NCBI GenBank assembly: GCA_012295275.1
Contig: CM022671.1
Span: forward strand, 25,792,001 to 25,856,000
Source of the DNA: Chrysomallon squamiferum
Lineage: Eukaryota > Animalia > Mollusca
Length of the DNA stretch: 64,000 nucleotides
Reading direction: 5' to 3'
Below, piece after piece: positions 37,453 through 51,899 of the stretch. The notes under the pieces were generated by a model. That model did no database searches, was not told where the DNA came from, and was given only the letters and a program-made list of their open reading frames with translations. The position numbers were made by a program, and so were the translations under genes. Within the stretch, counting starts at the first letter, position 1; the number at the start of each line of letters is the position of its first letter.

Positions 37453-38503
37453 CTAATGCATAGGAACCCTATTCGAAATACGGTCATTTCACAGTGTATC
37501 TCTACAGTGTGTATTACTTATAAACAAGTACTTTAAATGATAAACTTTATATTTCAGGTCAGGCACTATGCGGACAGTTCCAGTGTGCCCCCAACGCCGT
37601 GTGTGAGAACAATTTGTGTATCTGCGCGACCGGGTACAGAGGATCCGGGCGTTTCCTTTGCGTTCTTGATGGTAAGGTCAAAGTTTCCATTGTGACAAAT
37701 TAAAAAAAAATGAATATTGTATCCGTTTAGCTTTACCTTCATTACCTTGTACTAATATAACAATGAAGAAAAACAATAGTAGTGATAACAAGAACAGTAA
37801 TACAGTAATAATAATAATAACAGGTTCATCAGAAACACTAACGTGGTAATAGATGTAGATGTAATTTCAGGAGTTATTTTTGTTATGTTACTAATAGTAA
37901 TGTGGTAGGAGCAATAGTGAAGGAATTATTGTATTAATAGTAGTAGTTTGCAGTAGAAGTCGTAGAGTTGATAGTGTAAATATCAATAAATAAGTAAATA
38001 ATAATAATAATAGCAGAAGCAGGAGTAAAAATAGTAGTTGTAGTGGTAGAAGTAGAATTCTTAGTATCATTAATAGTACTTTGTAGTAGTAGTAATAGAA
38101 ATAAATAAATAATAGCAGTAGTAGTAATAATTATACTACTAGTAGTACCAGCAGCATTAATAATAACAGTAGTAGTAGTAGTAGTAGTAGTAGCGGCAGC
38201 ATCAGTAATTTTAGTTGTAGTAACAATAAATAAATAAATAAATAATAGCAGTAATAACAATAGCTGTAGTAGTATTAGTACTAGTAATAATAGTATTAAT
38301 AGTAGCAGCAGTAGTATTAATAGTACAAGTAGCAGCAATAGTATTAAAAGAGTAGTAATAGGAGCATCAACAATAGTAGTAGAGGTAGTAGTAATAGTGG
38401 AGGAAGTACCAGCAGTAGTATTAATAGCAGTAATAGCAGCATCAATAATAATAGCAATACTAGTAGTAATAGTTGTAGTAGCAGTAGTAACAGTAACAGT
38501 AAC

Positions 38504-38547
<44 letters not shown>

Positions 38548-39721
38548 CAGCAGCAGCAGCAGCAAAAGCGGGTGTATCAATAATTTTAAAACGCTAATAA
38601 TCTTACTGTGTGAACTGTCTGTTCAGGTACTCGCTGTCCGTGCATCACTTTCGGAGATCCACACACTCTTTTCTACGACGGACAGAGGATCAGGAGCATC
38701 ATTCCATGCGAGTTCACGTACACGGGCTTCGTCACCCCAGCAGTGGCAAGTTTCTCGTGTGACGTTCAGGTTCGTCTGGTTACAGTCAGGAGAGCCACAC
38801 AAGCAAATCCCTTTCGTCAGTTTGTGAAAGAACTGGTCGCTACAGTAATACGAGATAATACTAGATTGGATTTCACAGCCGGATCTTCTGGCATAACTGG
38901 AGTAAGTATTTTGTATTTGTTTGTGTATATATAATTTAAAATAATAATAATAATAATAATAATAATAGTAATAAATAAGCTTGGTTAGTTGTGGTTTTCA
39001 TCTCTGTATCTCTCTAAACGTTTATACTTACTGTCATGCAATTAAAACACACAACCGGCTGGTTATTTTTTTACTTTCTTTAAGGATTTTTATTATAAAT
39101 AATTACTGAAATATGTATCATGTGCAGCTGTGCTGTATTTTGATAAGGAGAAACAAGTAGCGGGATGTTAAAATATTCAAACAGAATCCTGATGGTCTGG
39201 TGCAAAATTTCAGTCTATAAGGCATTTGTTTTTCCGTTTCTGTATTCGAAACGATGTTATACGATAGTAGAAAAAACTTCGCTTATATTCATCCTCGTTT
39301 GCTTTTTATTGTATTGCTATATATTGTAATAAATATAGACTGGTTGCCATTAAAATATTAAAACTCACTTGTAAATATATAACCTGAACTTAGCTTATCT
39401 TTTCGAACAACACGAAGAAAGACGCGTACGTCTTATTTCATGGATGTACTGAGTACATTTTTAATCTACCTTATACCGTAAACTTATGGTTAATAAATAC
39501 AGAGGATATTTAAAATTATTAATTAATTTTTTTTGGGGTGGAGGGGTAGCACGAAGAATTTGTTATGTATTCCGTCAGACAAACGTGTACATCGCTGTGA
39601 TACATGAAACAGAATTTCGAGAGTAATCAATGTAGCTATTTAAAAATGTTTTAGCAGAAATCTGAAGATTAAGTCTATGAATAACAGAAAATACTATTAA
39701 TTTACTTACTTACTTACATTC

Positions 39722-39756
<35 letters not shown>

Positions 39757-40226
39757 TTTCTCAGTTAGTCGTGACAACAATTCCGGGTACCGATAACGTG
39801 GCTGGCGTCGACATTACGCCCGTTGTCAGCACTGTTGGTCAAATACGGCAGGTGAGCATGGCCGAGTGCGACACCGTCATCGGCTTCAACCCATCGCTCG
39901 GCTCCGGCTTCGTGGACGCCATCCGCACCAGCACGTTTCCTCCAGAAGGTCTTTGTGGTAACTGCGACGGTGTACAGAATGACATACCCTTCGACTCCGT
40001 CAGCGGTGCCACGACAGCGGAAAAAGATTTGGCATGGTCGCTAAGACAATTGAGTAATGAACAAACGTGAGTTGCATTATTTTTATTGACGTTTGTTTTT
40101 TGTTATTGACGTTGTCACTTTTCTTCTACTTCTTTTTCGTCTTCTTCTTCTTCTTCTTCTTATTATTATTATTAACGGAAGTTAAAAGTATCGTATCTCT
40201 TTATTTATTCGAGTGACAGAACGACA

Positions 40227-40260
<34 letters not shown>

Positions 40261-40296
40261 AACTAAAAAAAAAAAAAAAAATTTAACTATAACTTT

Positions 40297-40333
<37 letters not shown>

Positions 40334-40692
40334 TTTAACTATAAAAATAAAATTTATTATATTTTTTATTTCTATATTTTTTTTTTTTTTTAAGGACCTC
40401 TGATTCCACAGTATGTACTGGGGCCAAAGCTGCAGCCAATCTAACTGTGTGCCTGAACGACGCAACATTAATCGCCGCTGTGAGAGCCTGCGGCATTTTC
40501 ATCATGGACTCAACCTATAGAGACTGTTTGGTCACAATGGGTATCGGAAACAAAGAAAACTTGTTTTTAACGTTCAAAGATTGTCTTACGATCTATTGCA
40601 CACCAAATGCTGCAGCAGCTTGTGCGATTGTAGCTTCGCTGACTCCTCCCGCTGTGAACTGCGCTGTGCCAACCGGTTACGTGTGTACATAA
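36712..40692 (+). CDS. Secreted EGF-like + von Willebrand factor type D + C8-like protein (~349 aa), 5 exons
   Basis: Exons 36712-36772 (signal-like MNLNCIAFTVVFAQFVSLIQG), 37558-37671 (EGF: CGQFQCAPNAVCENNLCICATGYRGSGRFLC), 38627-38901 (CITFGDPHTLFYDG), 39765-40066 (GLCGNCDG) and 40395-40692 (Cys-rich). Phases are consistent. Confidence 0.85.
37900..38565. repeat. Intronic (AGT/AAT/AGC)n low-complexity tract
   Basis: Degenerate trinucleotide repeats that produce the poly-L/V ORFs in the track. Confidence 0.9.
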
Positions 40693-41016
40693 AGAAAAGA
40701 TAACTCTGTTAAACTCGTATAATGGGATGGATCTAAAATCATTAATTTTTAAAATGATTATTATGATATTGGTAGATGTACAGATAAATGTGATTCCTTT
40801 TAGATTTGATTATTTATTTTTAATTCTTATTTTGAAAAAAAGGGATTGAACTGACTGCAACATGTATATATATTGTACGGTATTAGATTATTTCGTTTGA
40901 TGTTCGAATAAAATAAAAGTGGGCTGATAACATTGTTTTGTGTCATTATTTTTTTATTAAAGGTGGTTATCCCTGTTATACTGTTATTTCCGTTTTCTGT
41001 TTCTATACAGACAGCT

Positions 41017-41018
<2 letters not shown>

Positions 41019-41106
<88 letters not shown>
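41019..41106. repeat. (CT)n microsatellite
   Basis: Uninterrupted CT dinucleotide run of ~88 bp. Confidence 0.95.
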
Positions 41107-41110
<4 letters not shown>

Positions 41111-42562
41111 CATTTATCTATCTACCCGTGAAGAAGAGACTTGACCGGCCCTAAGATTTTGGAACATTGTTTCACATCTATGAGAAGGTGTATCTTAAAT
41201 ATCCTTGTTGCTAACTGAAGTAGTAAAACTAAGCATTGGCTGTAGTGAGTCTTCTCTCGCATTTCATCAGTATATTATATGAAAAGCCTGCCTAGTAACA
41301 GTTAATATTTAAATGTATTGAGTTGTCATTAAACATTCGTTTACCTTTCTTTTTCTTCAACCTTCACGCCATTTGACTGCATGCAATTTGTCTCTTTATC
41401 GGACTGATCCTTCAAACGATGACTAGAGACAAATATTTAAATAAAAATAATACGATCATTTTATTTTAACAATGACTTCTACGCACACCGCTACCTTTAC
41501 AACTGCTGCTACAATCAAGATAAGCATTACTTCTACCATTGCTATGACTACGACCATAAATACTATTTTAAGGCTGTTACAAATACTGTTACTGCCACTA
41601 CTACTACTACTACTACCATCATTACGACAAGGACTACTACTACTGTTATTGTTACAACATATTGCTGCCATTTCTATTGCACTTTCATTTATCATTTCCT
41701 GAAATGTGGTGAACCTCGGTGATGCAGAACTGTCTGCATGCTTATCAATAAATTATATAACCATTTTTTCTTTGTCTGTCTGTTGCATTACAACCCGATC
41801 TAGTCACGACTTCGTTGAGAAAAAAAAAAAAAATAATAATAATAATTTTAAACTTCCTTATAAATGAACGCCCAAAGTATGATGACAGCTGGTTTCCTGT
41901 TTTAAACTAACATTACCTAATAATCTATTGATCTGTTTTTTTTTTCAGAACTAGGCAGTAAGTCGTTCAGCTACAGTAAAAGTTATAACAGATTATAAAT
42001 TAAATATGACGAACGGAATTAACATTAATATCAAACATTCAACCTAAGCAGAGATAACAATAGTACATATTACTACAACTGCCATAATTGTTACTATTGC
42101 GGTTGTTACAGATATTACCTAAAATGAAAGATGGAAGAGAGAATAAAACAAGGTCAACAAAACAGCGAACTTACAGAAATGTAGATCCCATTTATTCGTT
42201 CGTTCGTTCGTTCATTCATTCATTTGCTTATCCATGCATTCAATCATTTAAAAAAAAAAAAAAAAAAAATGAATAGAAAATAACTTATAAGTTTTTGACA
42301 TCTGTGATCTAATTATTGCAGTTTCCAGTCACTTGTTATGAAGCTTGATTACAGCTTACACGGTGATTAGCGCAACATTGTCAACAGGTTGGACAAAAAC
42401 GATCAACCTTTTGTCAGGCTTGGCTCGCTCTGTGGCGAGAGTCGGGATGACAGCTGTTCACCTGCACTTCATCCACGCCACGTCAAATTCTTAAGTCATA
42501 TTCCTCAATAAAATTTTCAAATACAGCTTAGTTTCTCACCGGGAACATCGCACCAGATAAGC

Positions 42563-43589
42563 ATGTCGAAATCATCCGAAGATCTCGACAACGACGGCGC
42601 GGCTTCAGAAAACAGAAATGGCGGACACAGGAACAGTCATTCTAAGAGAATTCGAACAAATTTTAGCGAATTTCAGGTATGTTATTTAAAACATAGTATT
42701 TACTTTGCTTTATAAATGTAGGTTTTCTATGGTTAATTATATGGCTTTCACTTCCCTCATTTTTCTAAATATATCTATGCATAACTGTTCCGAGTGACTC
42801 CCCAGTACAAGCCATACAAAAAAAAAAACCCAAAAAAAACCCCACAAACATGTATCAATATTTTCGTTGTTTTTGTTCTTTTTTCGTTCTTTTTTTCCGT
42901 CAATGTAAAATGAAAAGGTCCAACCGTTTCTGTATAATAACGTACAAGAAATAAACCACATATAACAATTCTTTTTATTATTATTATTATTATTATTTAA
43001 ATTATCACGCGTTATTTTTCTGTTTACAGCTGCGACGCCTGGACGAAACTTTTGCTGTTCGACCATTCCCTGGTAGAGATTTGATCAACAAGCTTAGTGA
43101 TGAGCTTGGCTTATCGTACTTCAGTATCAAGGTAACTGCTGTCGTAGAATTACTTCTTGCGAACACGAATCTCTTTCAGCTACCTTTAAACTACTCCGTG
43201 GAACAAGACGGACATCACTGCATTAAAGAGTTCAGCTAAACATCAGGTCGTTTAGCCGTGTTGGTTCTGGAGTTAGTGAAGAGTTTATTGTCAGTCAGTT
43301 TTATGTATTGGTTAACGGTTATATTCAAATACTGTGGAACCAAATATCTCTGTGTATTTGAATTCTAGTTCGATTATTGGATGTTGCAAATTACAGGTTA
43401 TTGCGATCATTATTAAATATAATAATTCGATAGTCTAGCAGTCATGAACTATTTAATAACTCAGAATTCAGTGTTCGGGTATATTCTCGATGATTACTGT
43501 TAGGCTGGATCACGTAGCTAAGTATTTGGTACATGAATATCATTCATAAAAAACCTATTTATATAAATTGTATATAAATATTAATTAAA

Positions 43590-43634
<45 letters not shown>

Positions 43635-44587
43635 TCTTTATTTGTAATTGTTGTTGTTATTATTTTAATTACTATTCAGTTTTAATTTAATTTGTTTCAT
43701 CTTCAATAAAAGTGAAAGATCTGTGTATTTTAAAATGCAATTTTTGCCCGTTTCAGACGTGGTTTCAGAACAAAAGGAGCAAATCGCGACGCAATGGAAC
43801 GTTTGATCTGGATGTGTCTGCTAGTACGGCAGGTAACGAACCCACAAGACTGCCTGACAGTTCAACACCGATACAAAATCAGAGAAAGGAGAACACGGGG
43901 CAAGAATCGTCACATTCGATCAAACCACCTTTAGTAACGGCGCACTCCAATCCTTGGAGTCATATCAAAACGGAAGTTGCAAAGGAAACTGATGCTTTTT
44001 CTATAGATGCTATATTAGCCAAAGAACCCTCTGCAGAAGAACGATTCTGCAGGCCTACTGTGCGCCAGGAACTTAATTTTGATGATGAAATCAACAATAT
44101 GCGAGATGCACCACAGTTAGTAGCAGAAGAAAACCAACCGAAGGAAGAGGAGGAATACAGTCATGTAGCTCCAACAGTTGATAGTCAGGTTCATTTAAAT
44201 ACAGAACAAGTTACGTGCTACGGACGCCCTCATACCAACTTCAAGGTTCCGGATGAAACTGTAACATATCCATCAACAAACGGAAATACCAATAATTTTA
44301 CACAGTACCACTTTAATAATAACAAAGCGAATGAAGACGTACACAGTGCTATGTATAACCAATACGGATGTTTTTATTTCCAGTCAGCAATGTACAGTTA
44401 CCCGTGCTATGAATACTGTGAGAAAACCAACACGTGCGATAGTCAGGCGGTCGATGACGTCGAAGAACCAAAGTGCACTCTTGTGTGTGACCTTGACAGC
44501 CATCAGATAAAGGAAGTAAAACGAGAACAATTTCCGGATGTCCACCCAACAAATCACCATGTTCTCTCCTGGAATTACATGTACTAA
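42563..44587 (+). CDS. Divergent Q50 homeobox transcription factor (PRD-class-like), 3 exons, ~348 aa
   Basis: Exons 42563-42676, 43030-43131 and 43757-44587. Spliced homeodomain: SKRIRTNFSEFQ|LRRLDETFAVRPFPGRDLINKLSDELGLSYFSIK|TWFQNKRSKSRR. The intron between codons 46/47 is typical of PRD class. An eh1-like FSIDAILA lies downstream. Confidence 0.88.
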
Positions 44588-44630
44588 GTAGTTTATTACA
44601 GCTGTTTATTATTTGGTATGTGGTTATTCA

Positions 44631-44714
<84 letters not shown>

Positions 44715-44805
44715 AATAAATAAATATAAAAAATTTGCAGGTTTTTAACATTTTAAAATGTTACATGGAATAAATTTCAATAAATTAGATAATTTCTGTG
44801 TACAT

Positions 44806-44836
<31 letters not shown>

Positions 44837-47800
44837 CCATTTCATCTCTAAAAAATTATCACTCTAATAACGGGTTAAATAATGACCACATGTTTTTTGG
44901 TGTAATATTAATGAAAACATTCAACAAATATTAAAACTCAGTTTCTGTTTTACCCTGTAAATATGTATTATCTATTAGATATTCATAATCTATATTTTAG
45001 TCTTTATAATTTCAAGATATTAAAATTTATTATAAATTACTGCTTTGTTGTCTTTTTCGTTTATATATAATCATTACATGTATTACCCATTCCTTTCACA
45101 GTACCGTGTTCCTTTTTCTCTGTTTCGAGCAACAGTGATTCAAATTTCACACATCATATAAGATACTTTGAGATGGTTGTGCTAGATTATTAACACGCAA
45201 ACATTATGCATTATATAATTTTTTCAAACATAATTCTAATTTCTACGCGTGAGCGTGTGCGCAAACGCATGCCTTCAATTTTATAAATATTAAAATTCGC
45301 ATACAAGGACACACATAGAAATTATTATGTTAAGTATTGAAAACATTTCAATACTAGGAAACAATAAAGAAGAAAAGACAAAGAAATTTTTTCTTCGAGC
45401 GTTAAATGTCCATTTAGCATTACAGTAACCTGTATAGCATGTATTTTTATTTTGTGTCTTTAGATTGACGTATCTGTTAATAAAAAGACAAAAGTGAGAT
45501 GAAAAACAAAAAATTAAACAAAACACCAAAACACATTCTGCATTAAAGTATGTTTCCTTTCATCATTTTATAGTCCAATGTTGTTATTGGTTGATAATAA
45601 TAGTAAATATATAAAAAGGTGTAGGATTAATTCATACATAATTGTGAATGCTGGCTCGAGTGTCTAACTGTATGTAGTGTTTAGGTAAAGAACGAGACCT
45701 GTAACTACTAGTATCTATGTTGTTTGTATGATGAGAGTTGGATAACACCTTCCAACTGAAGTAAGATCCATGATAAAGACAAAAGTATGAAAATTTCGTT
45801 TGCCTGTTCTGAAATAAATATTTTCCATTGTCTTGGGGTTATTTTATTTATTTATTTATTTATTTTATTTTATTTATTTATTTATTTATTTTTTTTTTTT
45901 TTTTGGTGGGGTAAAGCAGAGGATTATTTCTTATCTTCCTGCTATTCGCTCTCCAGATTTTCCTTTCCTAACTAGGCTTTTGCTCTTTCATCAGACAAGT
46001 ACTAAGCAACTCTGGAACTTGACGGGGATATGGAAAAATACAGGTTAAAATGTTCTGGAGTACAATTTGTTACTGATATGAGTTGACAGGACTATTACAA
46101 ATAAGGCAAAGAATGGACTAACGTTTTGCCTCCCATGTTATCTGCGATACCATGCTCCTGTAACTCCAGTTAATATATGCATATTTCTATAAGCGTGAAT
46201 ACGTGCTACTATTTCTGTTCATACTTTGGCGTTCCTGACAATATATTTTCTATATATCTCCAAATTTACTGTGCAAGTCTTTCATCACCCATGTGTTAAT
46301 TATTTTTATGCAATTGTTGAAACCACTTCACGAAGTGTGATTACTGAACTCGATAAGCCGCCCGCGGTTCCGAATCACTGGATCGCATAAACCGTTTAAG
46401 TGTTGTCATTGTTAGCTCTTTTTAAAAAAATTTAAATAAACGTTATTTTCCTTCTCGATGCGACACTGGGCGTAGCCAGGCAATAACTACATCAACATAA
46501 CGCAATAAAGAATCTGCAGTGTGTGCGTTGAAGTACGTTTTTGTATCTACCAAAGCGATCCGGGAGTCAAAACGCACAATCGTCTTCATTGCGTGCGCCA
46601 GGTAACGAGCAACTGTGATCAAAATATTGACAGGTAAGTTTAAAGCTTATTGCATTTTTACGGTCCTAATTTACACGAAGTCCGAATACATTGATTACTT
46701 TAGCATAATGCAATGAATCACTAAAACCCGAAGCGCTGATTTGTTTGGAAACATTTTTGATTTACGATTTAGGCCTATATGCCTACATTTTCTGCTTTTA
46801 TGCATCGATATTAAATCTTATTTTAATTAAATTAAAATAAAATATGTACTTTTACTAAAAATAATTTTGATACGAATATATCAGGAGAAAATCTTAACAT
46901 ATTTTTAGGTAGGATATTTAAATCGGTTGGTTTTTAATTTTATCTTAACTTTTAGTACTTTTTTACAATTCATAGAATTGTCTGATATATTTGTCAAAAA
47001 ATTCATACACATGCATGTTGACCTAAAGCCTTTAATTATTACTGTTACAGTCCTTTAAAAGGTGTATATTCATAGTAATAATTCAAAGCAGGAATTTTTT
47101 TTTTTTTTTAAATTAAGGTTCACATCTTTAGTTCCTTCAATCACCTTATGATGGAATACAAAATATACATACATAACAATGCAAGTCTTACCTCTTAGAA
47201 TTCAAATGTCCTTTATTGTAGCAATATCCCAAGGACAAGGAACTGGTATGAAGAGTTCCTTTCATTTATTTTAATCAGTCAGTTTTACAAGTTGAACACA
47301 TTTATATATTTTGTGTATATTGACAGGGTTAAGCTGTCTTTTGTCATATATGCAAGGATTCAAAGTATTAGATGAAGGACAAGGCTTTTCAAATATGTAA
47401 CGTTTCTGATGCTTTTTCATAATGAGGATATTTATCAATTCAATTGGCATGACTGAATTCTATTTATATATTAAAGCAACCAATATGATTATCATTAGAA
47501 CATCATCTAATAAACAGAAAATAAATAAATAAGCATACAAAATAAAAACCAAAAGTCTACATAAAATTAAAATAGTTTAATTTGCATTGCTTTCAAAGAA
47601 TAAAAAGCTATATATATATATATAAAAGAAATAATATATATTATGCAGAATATGCTGAGGCAAATAACAAATGTATTTACAGAGGTGAATCATTTAATAC
47701 AGATATCACTTTATAATGACAAATCAGTGCTTGGAATGTGTTTCTCAAATGTCTTTTTCAGATCTATAAAATTCCAGATCACATAATTTGTTGTGATAAG

Positions 47801-48224
47801 CAAAATAAAATTACTCTTTAAAAAAAGAGTAAAAAAATAAAAATTTAATCAATTATGAAGTTAAATGCTGTACAATAGTAACTGGAATGATCAATTTAGA
47901 AAAATAAATATTGAAGCACATTGATTTAGCACTCGTATTAGACCGAACAAGTTTACTAATACATTTCTGATCTATAATTTCACTTAGGATAAATACAAAA
48001 TTATTATAATAATAATAAAAACCCAGAAGAATTGATGCTTTGTTAATAACCATTAATCCATCAGACAATAATGGTGTTTTTTGGCGGGCAATGGTTCGTT
48101 TTTTTTTTTTTTTTTTTTTTTAACAAATTGTTAATCATTTTTGCTAAATTTTATCAATTGAAAATGACCAGACGTGAGAATAATGTGACTAATTTTTATT
48201 TTATTTACTCCTTAATTAATTTTT

Positions 48225-48283
<59 letters not shown>

Positions 48284-49556
48284 AACATAGATAAACAGAT
48301 TTATTTCGGATGCACCAGCTTGTTTCTGAAAATAATATTTGCACCATGAGGTAGTTTGTAATAGATATCTGAAACATAACCTAATTTTATTCTGTTAATA
48401 GCACTAGTGAGAATAACTATAAACTACACCACACACACACAATACAACAAAAACAGTTTGACCACATCATTAATCATTGTTTACAGACTGTGGTATATTT
48501 GAATTTACCCTTTTTTAATAATCTTTGATAAAATAACCATATGATAAAAATTAAAACAAATAGATTAAAATAAACGTGTGCTAATATTACACTACTGAAA
48601 ACAATTTAAATTTAAAAAAAGAAAACATTTTTACAATATATTTACACAAAAATGGAAAAATGGAAATAACTAAAAATTATAAAATTAATTCAAATATCAA
48701 TTTCATTTTGAAATTCAGAAAATAAGTAAGCAATTTAAAACATTAATATATGAAACTTGTAAAAACCATAACCTAAAACATAAGATGTTCAATTCTCATA
48801 AAATATTAAAGATAAATGTTAAAATAAACAAATTATATTAAAAAGGGGGTAATAATATTTATTTATTTTTAAAGAAAAAAAAAGGGATTTTCAAGATTTT
48901 ACTCAAATACAAAAATATTTTTTTCTTATAAAATTTGTCCATTTTATAACAATACATCTAGAATTAAGAAAACATCTGTTGTCATCCTTTTAATTTCTTC
49001 ATAGTTCTTCATTAACATTTAATAATTGGTGGGAACTGGTAAAATTTTGATTTGATAAATTTCATGAAACAGGATATAAACAAAGCAAAAATGTACCAAA
49101 AATATTTCTGACAGGTAAGCACAAGTTAAATGCGTATACAATAATATTTGTTTTTATTATCTACGTTCAAAGATGATTCAAATATGTGATCTTCAAATCT
49201 GAATTTAAAAAAAGTTCATATGAAAATAAAATGACATCCACAAAGTAATACAAACCTGCTTGACAGGTTTCCTTCTGAAGAGTTAAAAACAGTATGTTTT
49301 TACTTTTAACTATGAATCACGAATTCAGATATATCTATAACAGTGTTAAATATCAATTTAAACTGTTTCACTTGTCAACAAACATACACTAATACTGTAT
49401 TTAAAATAAACTTAACAAAAATGCTTTAAAATATAATTATTAAATAAAAAATACTGTCCAACAAATACAAGTTTTAAAATTAAAACCATGAAAGAAACAC
49501 CAGAAAAATTCTGAATAAACAAACAAAACATCGTAACAAACTGTTTCACATGACAA

Positions 49557-51157
49557 TCAGTCAGTGGAGAGCTTTTTCAAAATGAATATTTTTAAGCGAT
49601 AAATTACATAAAACATTCCTTGTAGAAGTGGAAAAATAACAAACCCAACAAGAATGACCATTCCTATGGTATGAACGGGATAATTCCAGTCCAGAACATT
49701 TTGGTACATCACATGATTGTGATCTGGAATCCAATAAAAGACACTGAAAAGGAGATAAATCAGGCCATAAATACATGGATAAATGACGTGAAGAAGTCGA
49801 ACAGGGACTGCTGTTAAGAGATTCTCAAAAACCATTATGACAGTGTTCAAGATATGAAGCTGAAGATTTTCCTGCGAGACCGCAGAAACACCACCCATCT
49901 TTGGCAGTAAGAAGACAAAAAACACCACTGTTACCATGACAGCACCAGTGGAACCAACTGTCAGTAAAATCCAAATAATTTTCAAATACCACGGTAGTCT
50001 GTTGTTAAAAGTTAATATTTCCATTTCGTAATCCTCATCCATGATCTGCTGGTAGCCTGTGTCTTGATACTCCTCGAATGAGGTGATTTCGTGAAAGAGA
50101 CTCGCGTGATAATTCACAGTTGGTGGGTGGCAAAGTTTTGATGGGTTGAAAATATAATACAACAAAACAGTGATGCTGTGAATGGTGACATACAGAGCCA
50201 AAACAGTGTAAGTCCAAACTGTTAGATAGCATGGCCATGGCTGCAGCTTGTCACTTGCAGTGTCTGATTCTTCTGCATGCAAGCTGCCTAAATATATGAA
50301 CCAAAAGTCAACATATACTGCTAAGGCAAGACGATACAAAACAAAGACCACAGGTGGAAGTCGCCACTGCAAAATAAAAATAATAGCATTTGATGATACA
50401 TACTCACATACATGAATATATATACATACATAAATACATTTATATGTTATTTGGATTTATTTATCGATTGAAATGTAATTTTTTCATAATAAATGTTTTT
50501 AAAAATCACCAAATCACTAATAATGTTTTTTCAATTACAGAACACAGTGCTTTTTTGTTACAGTAATAAGTATATACTTTCAAGATTACTAAAATATCAG
50601 TTCTTAACATTAATCATTACTTGTATCTTACTACAAATCAGAAATTATCAATGAGGTGACTGATGAAACCATAAGCAAACATATCGTTAGGTAAATTTTA
50701 ACTGTATAAATGAATGATTGTTTAACAAAAGAAAAAGAAAATACACTAAAAGAAATAAATAGTTTCTAAAATATTAATTTATATGAAACACAGTGTAAAG
50801 AACTGTGCAAAGTATAAATAACCAAGTAATAAGAAATAGATTATTTCCATAAAAAAAAAAACACCAAAAAATGTTTTCATTAAAATGGGTTTTTTTTTTC
50901 ATATATATGAAATGGTTGAAGCGTGAATAACCATGAAAACATTTTTTTAGTGAAAGTGGACTTTATTTCCATTAATTCGTGTACTTAAAACCACATAATT
51001 AAATATAATTTACTACAATAAGAAAACAGTGTTAATAACTGTTATGTAATAATAAATAAATTACATGAAAATTGTAGAATCTTCCACGATGAACTCCAGA
51101 AAATATAAAATTTTTTACTCGAAATTCTTCTCGAAGCTTCGGACAGGCTGAGCTCAT
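49557..51157 (-). CDS. Rolling stone-like multi-pass membrane protein, 2 coding exons
   Basis: Exon 51157-51065 (MSSACPKLREEFRVKNF...FYNFH) splices in phase 0 to 50366-49557. Motifs: YLTVWTY, LPWYLKIIW, LHILN, PVRLLH..YP..YG..Y, Y.NVLDW. Several hydrophobic helices. Confidence 0.8.
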
Positions 51158-51759
51158 ATTTAGTTTCTGCAAGTAGAAAATTTTAAAAAAAATATATATA
51201 TATAAAACAAATTTGTTTTAATGCATTTGTTTTTATTATTTAAACTAAAAAATTCAAGTTATGTCACAGCTATGACTGTAACAGTATGAAAAATAACATA
51301 ATTCACTTTACTGTTCATAAGTTTATGGTTTATCCCAACTTTACTAAACACAGGATAAGTACGGATAGTGCCATAAGACACGATCATATGACTCTGACTC
51401 TGAGTCAATCCAGTTGTCATTTCACTAATTTCAGTTTTTTTAATTGCAACAGAACTTTAAATGAAAAATTATGTATTGTTATTTATAAAAGAAAAATGAA
51501 AATATTTTTTACACGACAACTGATTATATTTTACTTGATAATTCTTTACATTTATGTACACATTTTATTTACCTTCTATCCTGGCGTCAAACGAAACAGA
51601 AATATCAACAAAGAAATGATCAATAAAAAGGTCAAGGTCATTAATAAATACCTAAATTGTAAAAATATTTTTATTGTTACTAAATTTCTATCACATTCTA
51701 TGAAAATATAGATGGAAAATATTTTATGACATATTAATATTACAATATTTAAAAATATT

Positions 51760-51899
51760 TACTTGACCGAATGTTTCTGATTCGAGATTGTTAAAACAAC
51801 ATGGCGGGTGTTCCATGACGACGGGGTACGCGGAACGAGATGACAGCAAATATTACTGAAAGCCGTTACACGCAATAAACATGTTTGAGATGGAGTTAA
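51760..51899. promoter_or_regulatory. Bidirectional promoter (rolling stone-like / TTLL3-like) with YY1-like and X-box-like motifs
   Basis: CpG-rich patch with CAACATGGCGG (51797-51807) and GTTCCATGACGAC (51810-51822). A minus-strand donor near 51762 suggests a 5'UTR exon. The plus-strand ATG is at 51900. Confidence 0.5.
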
